This document shows, piece by piece, positions 9,323-18,927 of a DNA stretch of 64,000 bases. The stretch is taken from the NCBI GenBank assembly GCA_949373235.1, contig CASICQ010000004.1:63934-127933 (forward strand). The letters run 5' to 3'. Under the pieces are notes generated by a model. The model saw only the letters and a program-made list of their open reading frames with translations. It had not been told where the DNA came from and did not search any database. The position numbers were made by a program, and so were the translations under genes. Position 1 is the first letter of the stretch. Each line of letters opens with the position of its first letter. The stretch comes from Candidatus Poseidoniaceae archaeon. Lineage in GTDB: Archaea; Thermoplasmatota; Poseidoniia; Poseidoniales; Poseidoniaceae.

Positions 9323-10405
9323 ATGCAGATGCAGTTCGGAGAACAACTTCGCTTGACCCTTTTTGGGACAAGCCACGGGCCAAGAGTCGGCGCCGTGTTG
9401 GAAGGGGTTCCTAAGGGACTTATTGTGGATGAAGACGGAATTCGTTCTGCTATGATTTCACGCCGTCCCGGCGGCCGGTATGCGAGCAAACGCAAAGAAG
9501 AAGACAAGGTCGAAGTGTTGAGCGGTGTTGCAGAAGGGCGCACAACTGGCGAATCCATCGAACTCTCCATTGAAAATCAAGATGCAAAATCCAAAGATTA
9601 CAGTTTCCTCCCCAATCACCCCAGACCAGGCCACCAAGACATGGTGATGCACAAGCGTACAAAGGGCCAGGCAGATCTTCGTGGAGGCGGTACATCTTCG
9701 GCACGTTTGACTGCCCCTTTGGTTGCAGCATCAGCGTTTGTTGCACCCTTGCTTGCTTCGCTTGGTGTTGAAATTGAAGCGCAGGTTGGCGCTGTTGGAA
9801 ATGTCATATCTGGGCCGATGCTCGAACAACCTCCAAGGTGGGCTGATGAAGCCTGCAAAGAGATGCGATGCAGAGACCCAGTTGCTGCCCGGGCCATGGT
9901 GGATACCGTTGAAAAGCATCGTATGAGTCTCAATTCTATAGGAAGCAGGGTTGATCTCACGGTTCAAGGGATTCCGTTTGGTTTAGGGGAGCCGTGGTTT
10001 GATGGAATCGAACCCGCTATGGCCCGAGCCATGATGGCAATTCCTGCGGCACGAGGTGTGACGTTTGGTCGGGGTTTCTCTGTTGTTTCCATGAATGGAA
10101 TTGATCACAACGATGCTTGGGGCGGTTCGCCAGAACACCCTGAACCACTTGGAGAGCGTCCTGATGGCGCTTTAGCCGGTTTAGCGACTGGAGCCCCCCT
10201 CTGCTGTTCTGTAGCGTTCAAGCCACCCTCAAGCATCGCTGCGGAGCAAATCACCCTGAACCTCGAAACCGGTACGATGGAACCGCTTACTGTCAAAGGC
10301 AGGCATGACCCCGTGCTCGGCCCCCGTGCGGTTGCTGTGGTCGAAGCAATGGCCACGTTGGTGCTGACGGACCTTGCTCTTCGTGGAGGCTACCTCGATG
10401 AATGA
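9323..10405 (+). CDS. aroC: Chorismate synthase
   Basis: FGTSHG, RRPGG, PRPGHQD, GGGTSSAR, FKPPSSI, KGRHDPV motifs. Confidence 0.95.
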   Translation: MQMQFGEQLRLTLFGTSHGPRVGAVLEGVPKGLIVDEDGIRSAMISRRPGGRYASKRKEEDKVEVLSGVAEGRTTGESIELSIENQDAKSKDYSFLPNHPRPGHQDMVMHKRTKGQADLRGGGTSSARLTAPLVAASAFVAPLLASLGVEIEAQVGAVGNVISGPMLEQPPRWADEACKEMRCRDPVAARAMVDTVEKHRMSLNSIGSRVDLTVQGIPFGLGEPWFDGIEPAMARAMMAIPAARGVTFGRGFSVVSMNGIDHNDAWGGSPEHPEPLGERPDGALAGLATGAPLCCSVAFKPPSSIAAEQITLNLETGTMEPLTVKGRHDPVLGPRAVAVVEAMATLVLTDLALRGGYLDE

Positions 10406-11729
10406 AACACTCACGGTCCACAAATTTGGAGGCTCGTGCCTTCGAGACGCTTCGGACCTGGATCGAATCGCTGAAGTGATTGGCGATTGGAGTGGGCAAT
10501 CAATCGTGGTTGTTTCCGCTCTGTGGGGCACAACAGACCGGCTGATGCGAGCGAGCAAAGAGCCTCGGTACGCCAGCCGACTGGTCAATGATTTATCCAG
10601 TCAGCACTTGCGTTTTGCCCCTGGTTTGTTGAAAAGCGAACTTGGACCCTTGTTCACAAAAGTCCTCAACGGCATTGAACAATCGCTTGTGGAACTTGCA
10701 AAGCAGCCAGCCGACCGGGTGGCGATCAACCGACTTCTTGCCGCAGGTGAACGCCTCTCTGCTTTGGTCGTGGCTCATCGCCTCAAACAATACGGCATCA
10801 TCGCCCACCCAGTTGGTTCCGAGGACATCGGATTGAGGCTCAACGGCATCAACAGAGCCCCCACCGTTGATTTGGCGGCATCGATGGGGTTGCTTGACCG
10901 CAAAGCGCTTCATGACACCCCCGTGATCACGGGTTGGTTTGGCGAAGGCAACGATGGGGAATTGGCGCTGCTAAGCCGAGGTGGCTCCGACCACACCGCA
11001 ACATCGATTGCTCGATTGGTTGATGCTTCCCGAGTCATTCTGTGGAAGGATGTAGAGGGGGTTTTGCCACTCAACCCACGCTGGGGCATTGAAACTGAGC
11101 CAATTTCATACCTCGGCTATGGAGAGGCGATGGAACTTTCTCGCCTTGACACACCTATTCTTCATCCAGCAACTGTGGAACCACTCACCGATACGGGAAT
11201 TCCACTCGAAATTAGGCATCTTCGCGGGTCGATTCAATCGCAAGCTGCCACGGTGATTGGCCCAGATTTGTATGAGGCAAACGTCATCAAGGCAATTGGA
11301 TGCTTGCCCCGTGTGGTCTCCATTCGTTGCCAAACCAAATCACTTGGACAACAGAGTGGTAAGTTGGGTGATGTTTTAGTGGATTTGGATAAAGCCGAAA
11401 TCGCATGTTGGCATTTGGATGCACAACCTGGTGAATTGCGATGGATTGTGTCGCAACACGATGTAGAGGAGGCGCGTGGGTTGATCGAGAAGCAATTTGG
11501 AACCACCGAAACCGAATCGTTCAGTGCAATTATTTCTCTTGTTGGGAACCAATTCGATGCAGAGCGGCAAGCCTGGCACTCGGATGAATCCGCCCGGTTG
11601 GGCATCGAAGTCCTGTCCGACACCGGGCATGCGGTTCGAATGCTAACGAAAAATGACGATATGGTGGATTTGTTGCACCAATTAAGTCAACGGTGTGGAT
11701 TAAAGCACACCTTGCAGTCAAACGACTGA
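10398..11729 (+). CDS. lysC: Aspartate kinase with degenerate ACT-like C-terminus
   Basis: VHKFGGSC, IVVVSA, GERLSA, PVITGW, LSRGGSDHTA, WKDVEGV...NPR, EAMELS, ILHPAT; start overlaps the aroC end. Confidence 0.9.
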   Translation: MNETLTVHKFGGSCLRDASDLDRIAEVIGDWSGQSIVVVSALWGTTDRLMRASKEPRYASRLVNDLSSQHLRFAPGLLKSELGPLFTKVLNGIEQSLVELAKQPADRVAINRLLAAGERLSALVVAHRLKQYGIIAHPVGSEDIGLRLNGINRAPTVDLAASMGLLDRKALHDTPVITGWFGEGNDGELALLSRGGSDHTATSIARLVDASRVILWKDVEGVLPLNPRWGIETEPISYLGYGEAMELSRLDTPILHPATVEPLTDTGIPLEIRHLRGSIQSQAATVIGPDLYEANVIKAIGCLPRVVSIRCQTKSLGQQSGKLGDVLVDLDKAEIACWHLDAQPGELRWIVSQHDVEEARGLIEKQFGTTETESFSAIISLVGNQFDAERQAWHSDESARLGIEVLSDTGHAVRMLTKNDDMVDLLHQLSQRCGLKHTLQSND

Positions 11730-11730
11730 A

Positions 11731-12654
11731 TCACTCTGCACGCTTCTCACGAAGGTTTTGCAAGTGCATTGGAAGGTTAAGGGCAAACAGTCCTCCAACA
11801 ACACAGAAGACAAAGAAGGTTCCAAGGGCAACACCATAAACAGAAATCAGTTCAACCGATTCTTCCATGCGGGTCGCTGTATCTTTGGAGAATATACCGA
11901 CAAAGAACGGAAGAATTGTGTTTGCAGAAAGGACGATTGTGGCAAGGACAACCGCAATGATTGGGTTGATGAGCAAGGAACGGTGGTACTTGCCGACGAT
12001 TTTCAGAGGGTTCATCACATACACTTCATTGGTGCGAATGCTCGTGTCCAGCATTGAATAGCGGAGCACACCGTTGCTGAGTTCGAAGTACATGATGAGC
12101 AAAACTGCGTAAATAACGACGAGTGCAGAGAGAAGGAAGGGCTTGTCTTGCAGCCCAAACAGGTCGCTCGACAGTGTGACCTTCGATGATGCGAAGCGCA
12201 AAATGGCGAGAATGAACAGAATGTTGCTGATCAACGTGAACCGCCCGTCGCGTTGGAAGGTGCCCCAGAAACCGGTTCCTGTTGCGGTGACAATCAAGAC
12301 CAACTGAAGAATTGTAGCGATACCTAGGCTTCCAGTAATCATGTACCAGATGGTACCTTCGGGAGGGGAAATCATGTAGGTGAGCATGGCAAGAGCCACA
12401 AGCACACCGTACACGCAAAGTTGGAGGGTTTGCACCCATTTTGCGGGTGGCAAAAATTTGGTTTTCGGGACCAAAGGTCCGCCGAGCAAGCTTTCGATGA
12501 AAGAAGGTATTTCGACGGTTGGAATTGCGTCCTTTGGAATCTCGCTTCCAGACCCAATTTGTCCTGCTGCCTTCTTTCTTGAAGGGGCTGAAGAACGAAC
12601 GGTCTTTCCGTCGTACAAGTGGGCGGTATCGCTGGATGGCTTGTTGACAGTCAT
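11731..12654 (-). CDS. Hypothetical multi-pass membrane protein
   Basis: About 6-7 hydrophobic segments; last gene of the MoxR cluster. Confidence 0.7.
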   Translation of the reverse strand: MTVNKPSSDTAHLYDGKTVRSSAPSRKKAAGQIGSGSEIPKDAIPTVEIPSFIESLLGGPLVPKTKFLPPAKWVQTLQLCVYGVLVALAMLTYMISPPEGTIWYMITGSLGIATILQLVLIVTATGTGFWGTFQRDGRFTLISNILFILAILRFASSKVTLSSDLFGLQDKPFLLSALVVIYAVLLIMYFELSNGVLRYSMLDTSIRTNEVYVMNPLKIVGKYHRSLLINPIIAVVLATIVLSANTILPFFVGIFSKDTATRMEESVELISVYGVALGTFFVFCVVGGLFALNLPMHLQNLREKRAE

Positions 12655-12663
12655 CTTTTCACC

Positions 12664-13986
12664 TCAGAATCCTCGTGCTCCAGCAAGAGCGGTTGACAGA
12701 AGCATGTCAGGCTCCCAATCCATGATGTTGACACCGAGGCCGCGCAATTCGCTGATGAGCACGTCTCGTTCGGTCTTCATGACTTCATACCCGGTTCGGT
12801 CGAGGCGGCGGGCATCGAATTCAAACTCGAGTGAAGATGGGGTGAGCACTGTGACGTCGAAGTCACGGGCTCGGAAATCCCGAAGCGCGTTGACGATGGT
12901 CGGATCATCCTCTAAGTTGGAAAGGAAGATAATCGGACTTCCCTTGTTGATGTGAGGTAAAATACGGTTGACAACGACCTGCAATGGGATGTTACCACGG
13001 GCAACAGCACCTGCAAGTTTGGTCAAGATCACATAGAGTTGCTTCTTTCCTGTGTCTCGGTCAACGCTGACCACTTCATCGCCATAGACGATGACGCCGA
13101 CGCTGTCACGGCGACCGAGGAAGTACTTCGCCAACGAAGCTGCTGCTCGAGTGGAGTACACCAGAGCGTTTCGTGAAACAGGTCCGGTCTCTGCGACCGA
13201 GCGTGAGTCAACGATGATGATGATGTCGGAGACAGCGTCTCGTTCGCGTTCATTCACCATGAGTTTTCCAGACCGGGCATAAGCGGACCAGTTGATGGCT
13301 CGGAAGGAGTCGCCTTCGAAATACTCTCGAAGGGAGTAAAATTCGGAACCAGGACCTGGTTGTCGGATGTTCACTGCACCGGTAAAAATCTTAGGAACAC
13401 GCGATTTAACGAATGTTTCTTTGAGGTCTTCCATTTTCGGGAACACAAGGAAATCATTGTAGACATGCAATTCCTTTTCCTTGTGGAACAGACCGAAGGG
13501 GTCTTGAATCCTGACAGCCACAGGACCCACGCTGTAGAAGCCTCGGAGTGGGCATTCAACGGTGTAATTGATTTCTGTTTCCCGGCGAGGACCAAGTTCC
13601 ATCAGAATGTAATTTGCACCGTCTTTGATGCGCATAACCTCTGGAACGCGATCTCGTACTTCCAAGATCTTGGCCAGCGACGAATGATTTTGCATCCGCA
13701 GTACGATGTTGAGGTCCCCGTCTTCGAAAATACGGGCGCTCGAGAGTTTTCGCTGAGCGGAAACGCTGCCGAGTGCGACACCCTCTTCGCCGGTCCATTC
13801 CTCTGCACGACGACCGCTTGAAGCGACGTCGGCGTGGCCGCCAAACAAGGCAGCCCAGGTAAGGAACACGAAGATGACAACCGCAATGGTAACCAGTTGG
13901 GAATTTCGCAAGGTTAACCCAAGCAAATACATGGCAACAGCCAAACTTCCCAGCATAGCAGATTTACGGCTCCACATCATCAACAC
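12664..13986 (-). CDS. DUF58 (VWA-like) MoxR partner protein
   Basis: GSEFYSLREYFEGDSFRAINWSAYARSGKLMVNERE, IIIVDSR; two N-terminal TMs. Confidence 0.9.
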   Translation of the reverse strand: MLMMWSRKSAMLGSLAVAMYLLGLTLRNSQLVTIAVVIFVFLTWAALFGGHADVASSGRRAEEWTGEEGVALGSVSAQRKLSSARIFEDGDLNIVLRMQNHSSLAKILEVRDRVPEVMRIKDGANYILMELGPRRETEINYTVECPLRGFYSVGPVAVRIQDPFGLFHKEKELHVYNDFLVFPKMEDLKETFVKSRVPKIFTGAVNIRQPGPGSEFYSLREYFEGDSFRAINWSAYARSGKLMVNERERDAVSDIIIIVDSRSVAETGPVSRNALVYSTRAAASLAKYFLGRRDSVGVIVYGDEVVSVDRDTGKKQLYVILTKLAGAVARGNIPLQVVVNRILPHINKGSPIIFLSNLEDDPTIVNALRDFRARDFDVTVLTPSSLEFEFDARRLDRTGYEVMKTERDVLISELRGLGVNIMDWEPDMLLSTALAGARGF

Positions 13987-14016
13987 CTCAATTTAATTCA
14001 AGTAACGCGAGTCAAC

Positions 14017-15168
14017 TCAAACGGTTGGCACAGGGACTTCTCGTAGGATAGCTTGAATCACTTCACCGGACTCTAGGCCCTTGATTTGATGCTCAGGCTT
14101 GAGAATAATTCGGTGTGCGATAGCCAGTTCAGAAACAGCCTTGATGTCGTCAGGTGTGACGAAGTCACGACCACGAAGGGCTGCTGCTGCACGGGATGTC
14201 TTGAGCAATGCTTGGGAACCACGGGGCGAAGCGCCGACCAGAACACGAGGATCTTCACGGGTTCGTGACACGATTTCGACCATGTACATGCGGAGAGCAG
14301 GGTCGACGTAAACGTCTTCACAAGCTTGTTGCATAGCGATAACTCGCTGTGGGTCAGTGATCACATCGACATCGACGGCGTCCTTACCACGAGCAATACG
14401 TCGGCGGAGAATTTCGTCTTCGTCAGCGCGGTCAGGGTAGCCCACGGACATCTTGAACATGAAACGGTCAAGTTGCGCTTCAGGAAGCGGGTAGGTACCT
14501 TCTTGCTCGACCGGGTTTTGAGTGGCCATAACAATGAACGGTGCAGGGAGTTTGTGAGTAACCGTACCAATGGTCACCTGCTTCTCTTGCATAGCCTCAA
14601 GCAAAGCAGCTTGGGTCTTTGGAGGAGCACGGTTAATCTCGTCAGCAAGAAGAAGGTTGCAGAACAGAGGTCCTGGCTTGAAGGTGAATTCACCCTTCTT
14701 TGCGTCGTAGATGTTGGTACCTGTGATGTCAGCAGGGAGCAAGTCAGGCGTGAATTGGACACGCTTGAAATCGCAACCCAACGCATCAGCGAAGGTGTTG
14801 GTCATCAAGGTCTTCGCCAAACCAGGGTAATCTTCGAAGAGAAGGTTACCGTTCGACAAGATGTTGATCAACACGTTGTCGATAACGTGGGGCTTACCGA
14901 TAATCACTTTCTGCACTTCAGCAGCAATCGCTTGAGAGATTGCGCCGACGTGGGTCAAGCGAGCTTTGACCTCGGGTGTGGCTTGGTGCTTCGGCTGGGC
15001 CGGAGCGGCCGGTGCTGCTGGTGCTGGGGCTGGGGCCGCTGGTGCTGCTGGTGCTGGTGCTGCCGGCATTGGTGGTGCTGGCGCAACAGGTGCTGCGGGG
15101 GCGGCTGGGGCCACTGGCATTGGCGGCGCTGGCGCGGGCGGGGCTGCGGGTGGGGTAGGGGGTTGCAT
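14017..15168 (-). CDS. moxR: MoxR family AAA+ ATPase with Pro/Ala-rich N-terminal arm
   Basis: DYPGLAKT, RVQFTPDLLPADITG, LLADEINRAPPKTQAALLEAM, ATQNPVEQEGTYPLPEAQLDRF. Confidence 0.95.
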   Translation of the reverse strand: MQPPTPPAAPPAPAPPMPVAPAAPAAPVAPAPPMPAAPAPAAPAAPAPAPAAPAAPAQPKHQATPEVKARLTHVGAISQAIAAEVQKVIIGKPHVIDNVLINILSNGNLLFEDYPGLAKTLMTNTFADALGCDFKRVQFTPDLLPADITGTNIYDAKKGEFTFKPGPLFCNLLLADEINRAPPKTQAALLEAMQEKQVTIGTVTHKLPAPFIVMATQNPVEQEGTYPLPEAQLDRFMFKMSVGYPDRADEDEILRRRIARGKDAVDVDVITDPQRVIAMQQACEDVYVDPALRMYMVEIVSRTREDPRVLVGASPRGSQALLKTSRAAAALRGRDFVTPDDIKAVSELAIAHRIILKPEHQIKGLESGEVIQAILREVPVPTV

Positions 15169-15187
15169 GTCTATTGTCCTCCGATTT

Positions 15188-16774
15188 TCAATTTCCCCAA
15201 CGTCGGATGTGCGGGATTACCTCTCGCAATTCTTCGCTGGAATAGATGCGGTTGGAACTGATAAGTTCCACCAAACGCGGATCACGCACCATCTGCATGA
15301 TTTCCGCTTGGGACTTGCGCATGAATTCATCACGCGTCAAATCATTGAACTGGCGTACCTTGGAGAGCAAAGCCTCCCGGGTGCGCATTTGATACTGGCT
15401 GGCGTCGACCTTCTTGGGGCGTTCTCTGAATCGAGTGAGATCGAACACGTGACGCCAGTTTTCTTTCTCTGGTACCACCATGATCGCAATGGCGAGAAGA
15501 GCAAACAGATTGAGGACAATCAGCCACTTGAGGACAACGTCACTTGTGAGCAAGACGACGGCGCCCATTGCTTCAGTGAAAGGCGAGGAAAGGGCGCTGG
15601 AAACGTGGCGGCTCTCGTCAAACACGATGTAGAAGTTGGAGTTGAATCGAGTCACGGTTGTGGAAATATCCTCATTGTCTTTTTCCATCATGTCCTGCAT
15701 GAGCGCTTGGAAGTATTGCCCGTTGCCGTTCCAGGTGGTGTCGCCTTGAGCGTCGGAGAGGCCATTGGAATCTGAGTTCCAGCAGTTGTGGCCTTGCTCA
15801 ACATAGAACGGAGAACTGCACTGTTGGTAACCGAGTTCTTCAGCGATGTCTTTGTCCCAAAGGTGGTTTGCCAGCACGGAATGGTCGGCGACAAAGACAA
15901 TTGAACCTGTGACAGAGACTTCGCCTTGGTCTTTATTTTCCATGATATCCAAGACATTGATTCCCGGGTAGTCAATACGGACAATCAGTCCGGTTTTTCC
16001 TTCACCGAGGGTTGGGTTCTTGTCGCTGTTGATGTCGATGTTGCTTGAATCAGCGACGATCACGGCCGAGGTTGAGGCCGCCGCTAGGACATTGATGTCA
16101 CGGTTGGTGTCGGTTTGGTCGTCAAGGACCTGAATGGCTGTTGGGCGGTGGAACAAGACTGGAAGGCGGCAGTTGTCGTAGACGCCGATGTCCAAGTTGC
16201 CTTGTGCACAAGGAATCAAACGCTCATCGCCCATTTCAGTGACGTTGGCACGTAGACTTGCTGCAGCCCAAAGGCGGCGGTAGTCCCCAGGTTGAACTTC
16301 ATCCAGTTCATTGGTCATTTCGTAGTACCGTTGGTCATCGAGGACCATGTCACCGAAGTACTTGACTCCGAATTGGTCAGCGACCAGTTGAGCGTTGGTG
16401 GAGTTGGCTGCAAGAATGACCTTGCCCCCTTTCTTTGTGACAAAGTCATACAGAGCTGAGGCTTCTGCAGCGTCGAAGGGCTTTTCTGGTCCCGCAATGA
16501 CAAGCATGGTACGGTGAGGGTCCTGCCAGTCGTTGACCAGCATAGGGGTTGACATGGTGTTGGCGATCGAGAAATCTGAATCTGAGAAATCCGCTCGCAT
16601 CGAAGTCAACTGTTGGTTGGAATATTCATTGTCCGCTGTAGCGTAGGGTGAAAGCACGGTCTCCTTGTTGAAGCTGACCAACCCGATGAGGGCGACGGAA
16701 AGCACGAGTGAAGTCATCAACCCGACTTTGAGCCAGGATTCAACGGAGAGTTTTTTGCCTTCTGTTTCTGCCAT
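15188..16774 (-). CDS. DUF4350-like membrane-anchored extracellular protein
   Basis: N- and C-terminal TMs, GATase-like LVIAGPEKPF...LYDFVTKKGGKVILA, IVFVADHSVLAN, IVFDESRH; upstream of moxR. Confidence 0.7.
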   Translation of the reverse strand: MAETEGKKLSVESWLKVGLMTSLVLSVALIGLVSFNKETVLSPYATADNEYSNQQLTSMRADFSDSDFSIANTMSTPMLVNDWQDPHRTMLVIAGPEKPFDAAEASALYDFVTKKGGKVILAANSTNAQLVADQFGVKYFGDMVLDDQRYYEMTNELDEVQPGDYRRLWAAASLRANVTEMGDERLIPCAQGNLDIGVYDNCRLPVLFHRPTAIQVLDDQTDTNRDINVLAAASTSAVIVADSSNIDINSDKNPTLGEGKTGLIVRIDYPGINVLDIMENKDQGEVSVTGSIVFVADHSVLANHLWDKDIAEELGYQQCSSPFYVEQGHNCWNSDSNGLSDAQGDTTWNGNGQYFQALMQDMMEKDNEDISTTVTRFNSNFYIVFDESRHVSSALSSPFTEAMGAVVLLTSDVVLKWLIVLNLFALLAIAIMVVPEKENWRHVFDLTRFRERPKKVDASQYQMRTREALLSKVRQFNDLTRDEFMRKSQAEIMQMVRDPRLVELISSNRIYSSEELREVIPHIRRWGN

Positions 16775-16963
16775 TTCTCTCCCTCCTGTTCATCATCTCG
16801 CGTTGCAATTGCTCGTAAAGACATCTGTCGGAACTTCGCTCCACTCATAATGGTTCTCCATGAGTGCTCCGTAGAATTTTCACTGGACAAGAGGTTCATA
16901 TACCCCCTGTGCACAAAATTACGAAGGTTATCACGCAAAAGGTGTAAGAAAATTGCGTTTTAA

Positions 16964-17944
16964 TCAAACGATTGTCTTTTTCCGGCGAAGCACACTGCAT
17001 GCTGCCAGCATGATGATCGCTTCAAAGGCGAGGAAGCCGGGGATTGTGTTCGATTCAACGTTGAGCCCGTCATCCGAGGCATCGCCGTCGTCGCTGTCCC
17101 CCGAACCAGTCGAGGGTTTCTCTTCACCATCATAGGCAAACACTTCGACGTCAAAGGTTGTGCTTCGAGCAGCGTCATCGCCCTCTGAGATGAGTGAGAT
17201 GGTAATTTCACACGCCCTGCGAGGCTGGCTCTCTGAAGCGACGAGCGTCAACGTCGAGAAGGTGTCTTTGCCGTTTCGAGCATCGGTCGTTTCAACGATC
17301 GTGTTGGTCAATGCATCCAATCCTTCGACCGAAAGGTGTGGGCAACTTCTCACCTGTGCAGATGCGTCCTTAATGGCATCTTTTGCGTTTCCGAGGTTGA
17401 GGATTTGAATCGAAATTTCAACCGACGATCCGGCGTAAAGGTCATCGTTGGAGAGGGTCACTTCAGGCCGCAAGTTGAACATTTTCGGCACGCTTATGTC
17501 GCCTTCTATCTCTTGTGTTTCAGTGGAAGTATCGCCGACTTTTTCTTCTGCCATAACCGTCAGCATGGAATTGTTATCAGGGTTGTATTCGCGAACGTCT
17601 GCATCGTTATCGGTCACCAGCGATATGGTGAAGCTCTTGTTTTCTCCTGCACCGACTGTGATCGTCTCTGGCCCACTGAAGGTGAATGGAACCCAGGTGT
17701 TGACCTCATAGGTCAACTCAAGTTGCACCTGACTCATTCTAGTGTTCTCGACGTAGGCAACGATCTCGCCCTCAATGTCCCAATCATCGTCCAACTCAAC
17801 GGTGTAGCCATCGTCCATATCTGTCGACCATCCAAGCGTCCAACTGGGCGCCTCAAATTGGTCTTGCGCCACAACAGTAGGTGGCAGGCTTAACCCAACC
17901 GTTAGCAGAAATACAAGGAGAAGGGGGAGGGTGCTGCGTTTCAT
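16964..17944 (-). CDS. Secreted surface protein with PGF-CTERM-like anchor
   Basis: Signal peptide; acidic linker then IPGFLAFEAIIMLAACSVL-RRKK. Confidence 0.75.
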   Translation of the reverse strand: MKRSTLPLLLVFLLTVGLSLPPTVVAQDQFEAPSWTLGWSTDMDDGYTVELDDDWDIEGEIVAYVENTRMSQVQLELTYEVNTWVPFTFSGPETITVGAGENKSFTISLVTDNDADVREYNPDNNSMLTVMAEEKVGDTSTETQEIEGDISVPKMFNLRPEVTLSNDDLYAGSSVEISIQILNLGNAKDAIKDASAQVRSCPHLSVEGLDALTNTIVETTDARNGKDTFSTLTLVASESQPRRACEITISLISEGDDAARSTTFDVEVFAYDGEEKPSTGSGDSDDGDASDDGLNVESNTIPGFLAFEAIIMLAACSVLRRKKTIV

Positions 17945-17949
17945 CTTAA

Positions 17950-18927
17950 TCACTCCAGCAACCCTTGTATTGCTCGTTTGGTGAGCACCCGAACCATTGA
18001 TTTGCGGTACCGAGGTGGCAAGGCGGTGTTGTTGACCGGCTTGACGCTCTTTTGCATAGCAGAGGAAAGGGCCTTCACAGAAGCTGCGCCATTCCAGCCA
18101 TCGGCAAAGATGGCTGCGACTTCGTCAGGGTGGCAACGTGGAATTGATTCAAGCGCTGTCGTGGCAATGACAAGCGATGCTGGATCGCCTTCAATCCAAG
18201 AAGCAGCAACACCTGCTTCGGGGAAATCCCATGTGTCACGAACTCGAAGTTTTTGATACGAGCCTGTTCGCTTTGCTGCATCGTCTGGAAGCGTCACTTT
18301 GAGAAGGAATTCTCCTTCTTCAAGCACATTCTTCTTCATCCCATCGAGTTGATAGAACGCGTCAATTGGTAAGGTGCGCGCCCCGTTTGGACCGATGAGG
18401 TGCACGCTGGCGCCCAACACCATCAGTGTAGGTGCAATATCGCCTTGGTAGGTGGCCACACAGAGTGTGTTTTGGTTTGGAATGACGCGACAATCAGCGC
18501 CTGTACCGCAATCTGCTTTATGGCACCAGTCAATCGATCGTCGCCAATCTTCGCCTTGATTGTACCAGAAGCATCGTGTGTCCAAACAGAGGTTACCGCC
18601 CAAGGTTGCGTTGGTTCGAATTAACGATGACGCAACCTTTGAGGCTGCTTGAACGATGACCGGATGCACACCGTTGGCTTCAGTCATGTCCGCCAACCGA
18701 ATCATGCAACCGAGTTCATTTGCAGAAATGGTCGATGTTCCTTCGATTCGTGCGAGCGAGATGACATGCGGCTTGGTGTTGATGTGCCACTTGTAATTTG
18801 GCAGCAAATCGGTTCCGCCAGCGACCCAGTCAAAGGATTCACCAGCAGCCATTAACTCGGCTGCAAGTTCACATGCGGCCTCAACTGTCGTTGGGTGGTG
18901 GAGGGTAAATGGAGGCATCAGCATCAT
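17950..18927 (-). CDS. hcrB: FAD/[4Fe-4S] subunit of XDH-family molybdoenzyme, HcrB-like
   Basis: AGGTDLLPN, ATLGGNLCLDTRC-FWYNQ...WC...C...C-VATYQGDIAP Cys-rich insertion typical of 4-hydroxybenzoyl-CoA reductase beta. Confidence 0.8.
   Translation of the reverse strand: MMLMPPFTLHHPTTVEAACELAAELMAAGESFDWVAGGTDLLPNYKWHINTKPHVISLARIEGTSTISANELGCMIRLADMTEANGVHPVIVQAASKVASSLIRTNATLGGNLCLDTRCFWYNQGEDWRRSIDWCHKADCGTGADCRVIPNQNTLCVATYQGDIAPTLMVLGASVHLIGPNGARTLPIDAFYQLDGMKKNVLEEGEFLLKVTLPDDAAKRTGSYQKLRVRDTWDFPEAGVAASWIEGDPASLVIATTALESIPRCHPDEVAAIFADGWNGAASVKALSSAMQKSVKPVNNTALPPRYRKSMVRVLTKRAIQGLLE

Noticed and set aside
14326-15775. Plus-strand ORFs 14326..15261 and 14966..15775 (G/A-rich)
   Set aside because: Antisense to moxR and the DUF4350 gene; the G/A run mirrors the P/A tract.
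16717-16938. 73-aa ORF in the gap upstream of the DUF4350 gene
   Set aside because: Overlaps the downstream gene start, has no motif, and spans a likely promoter.
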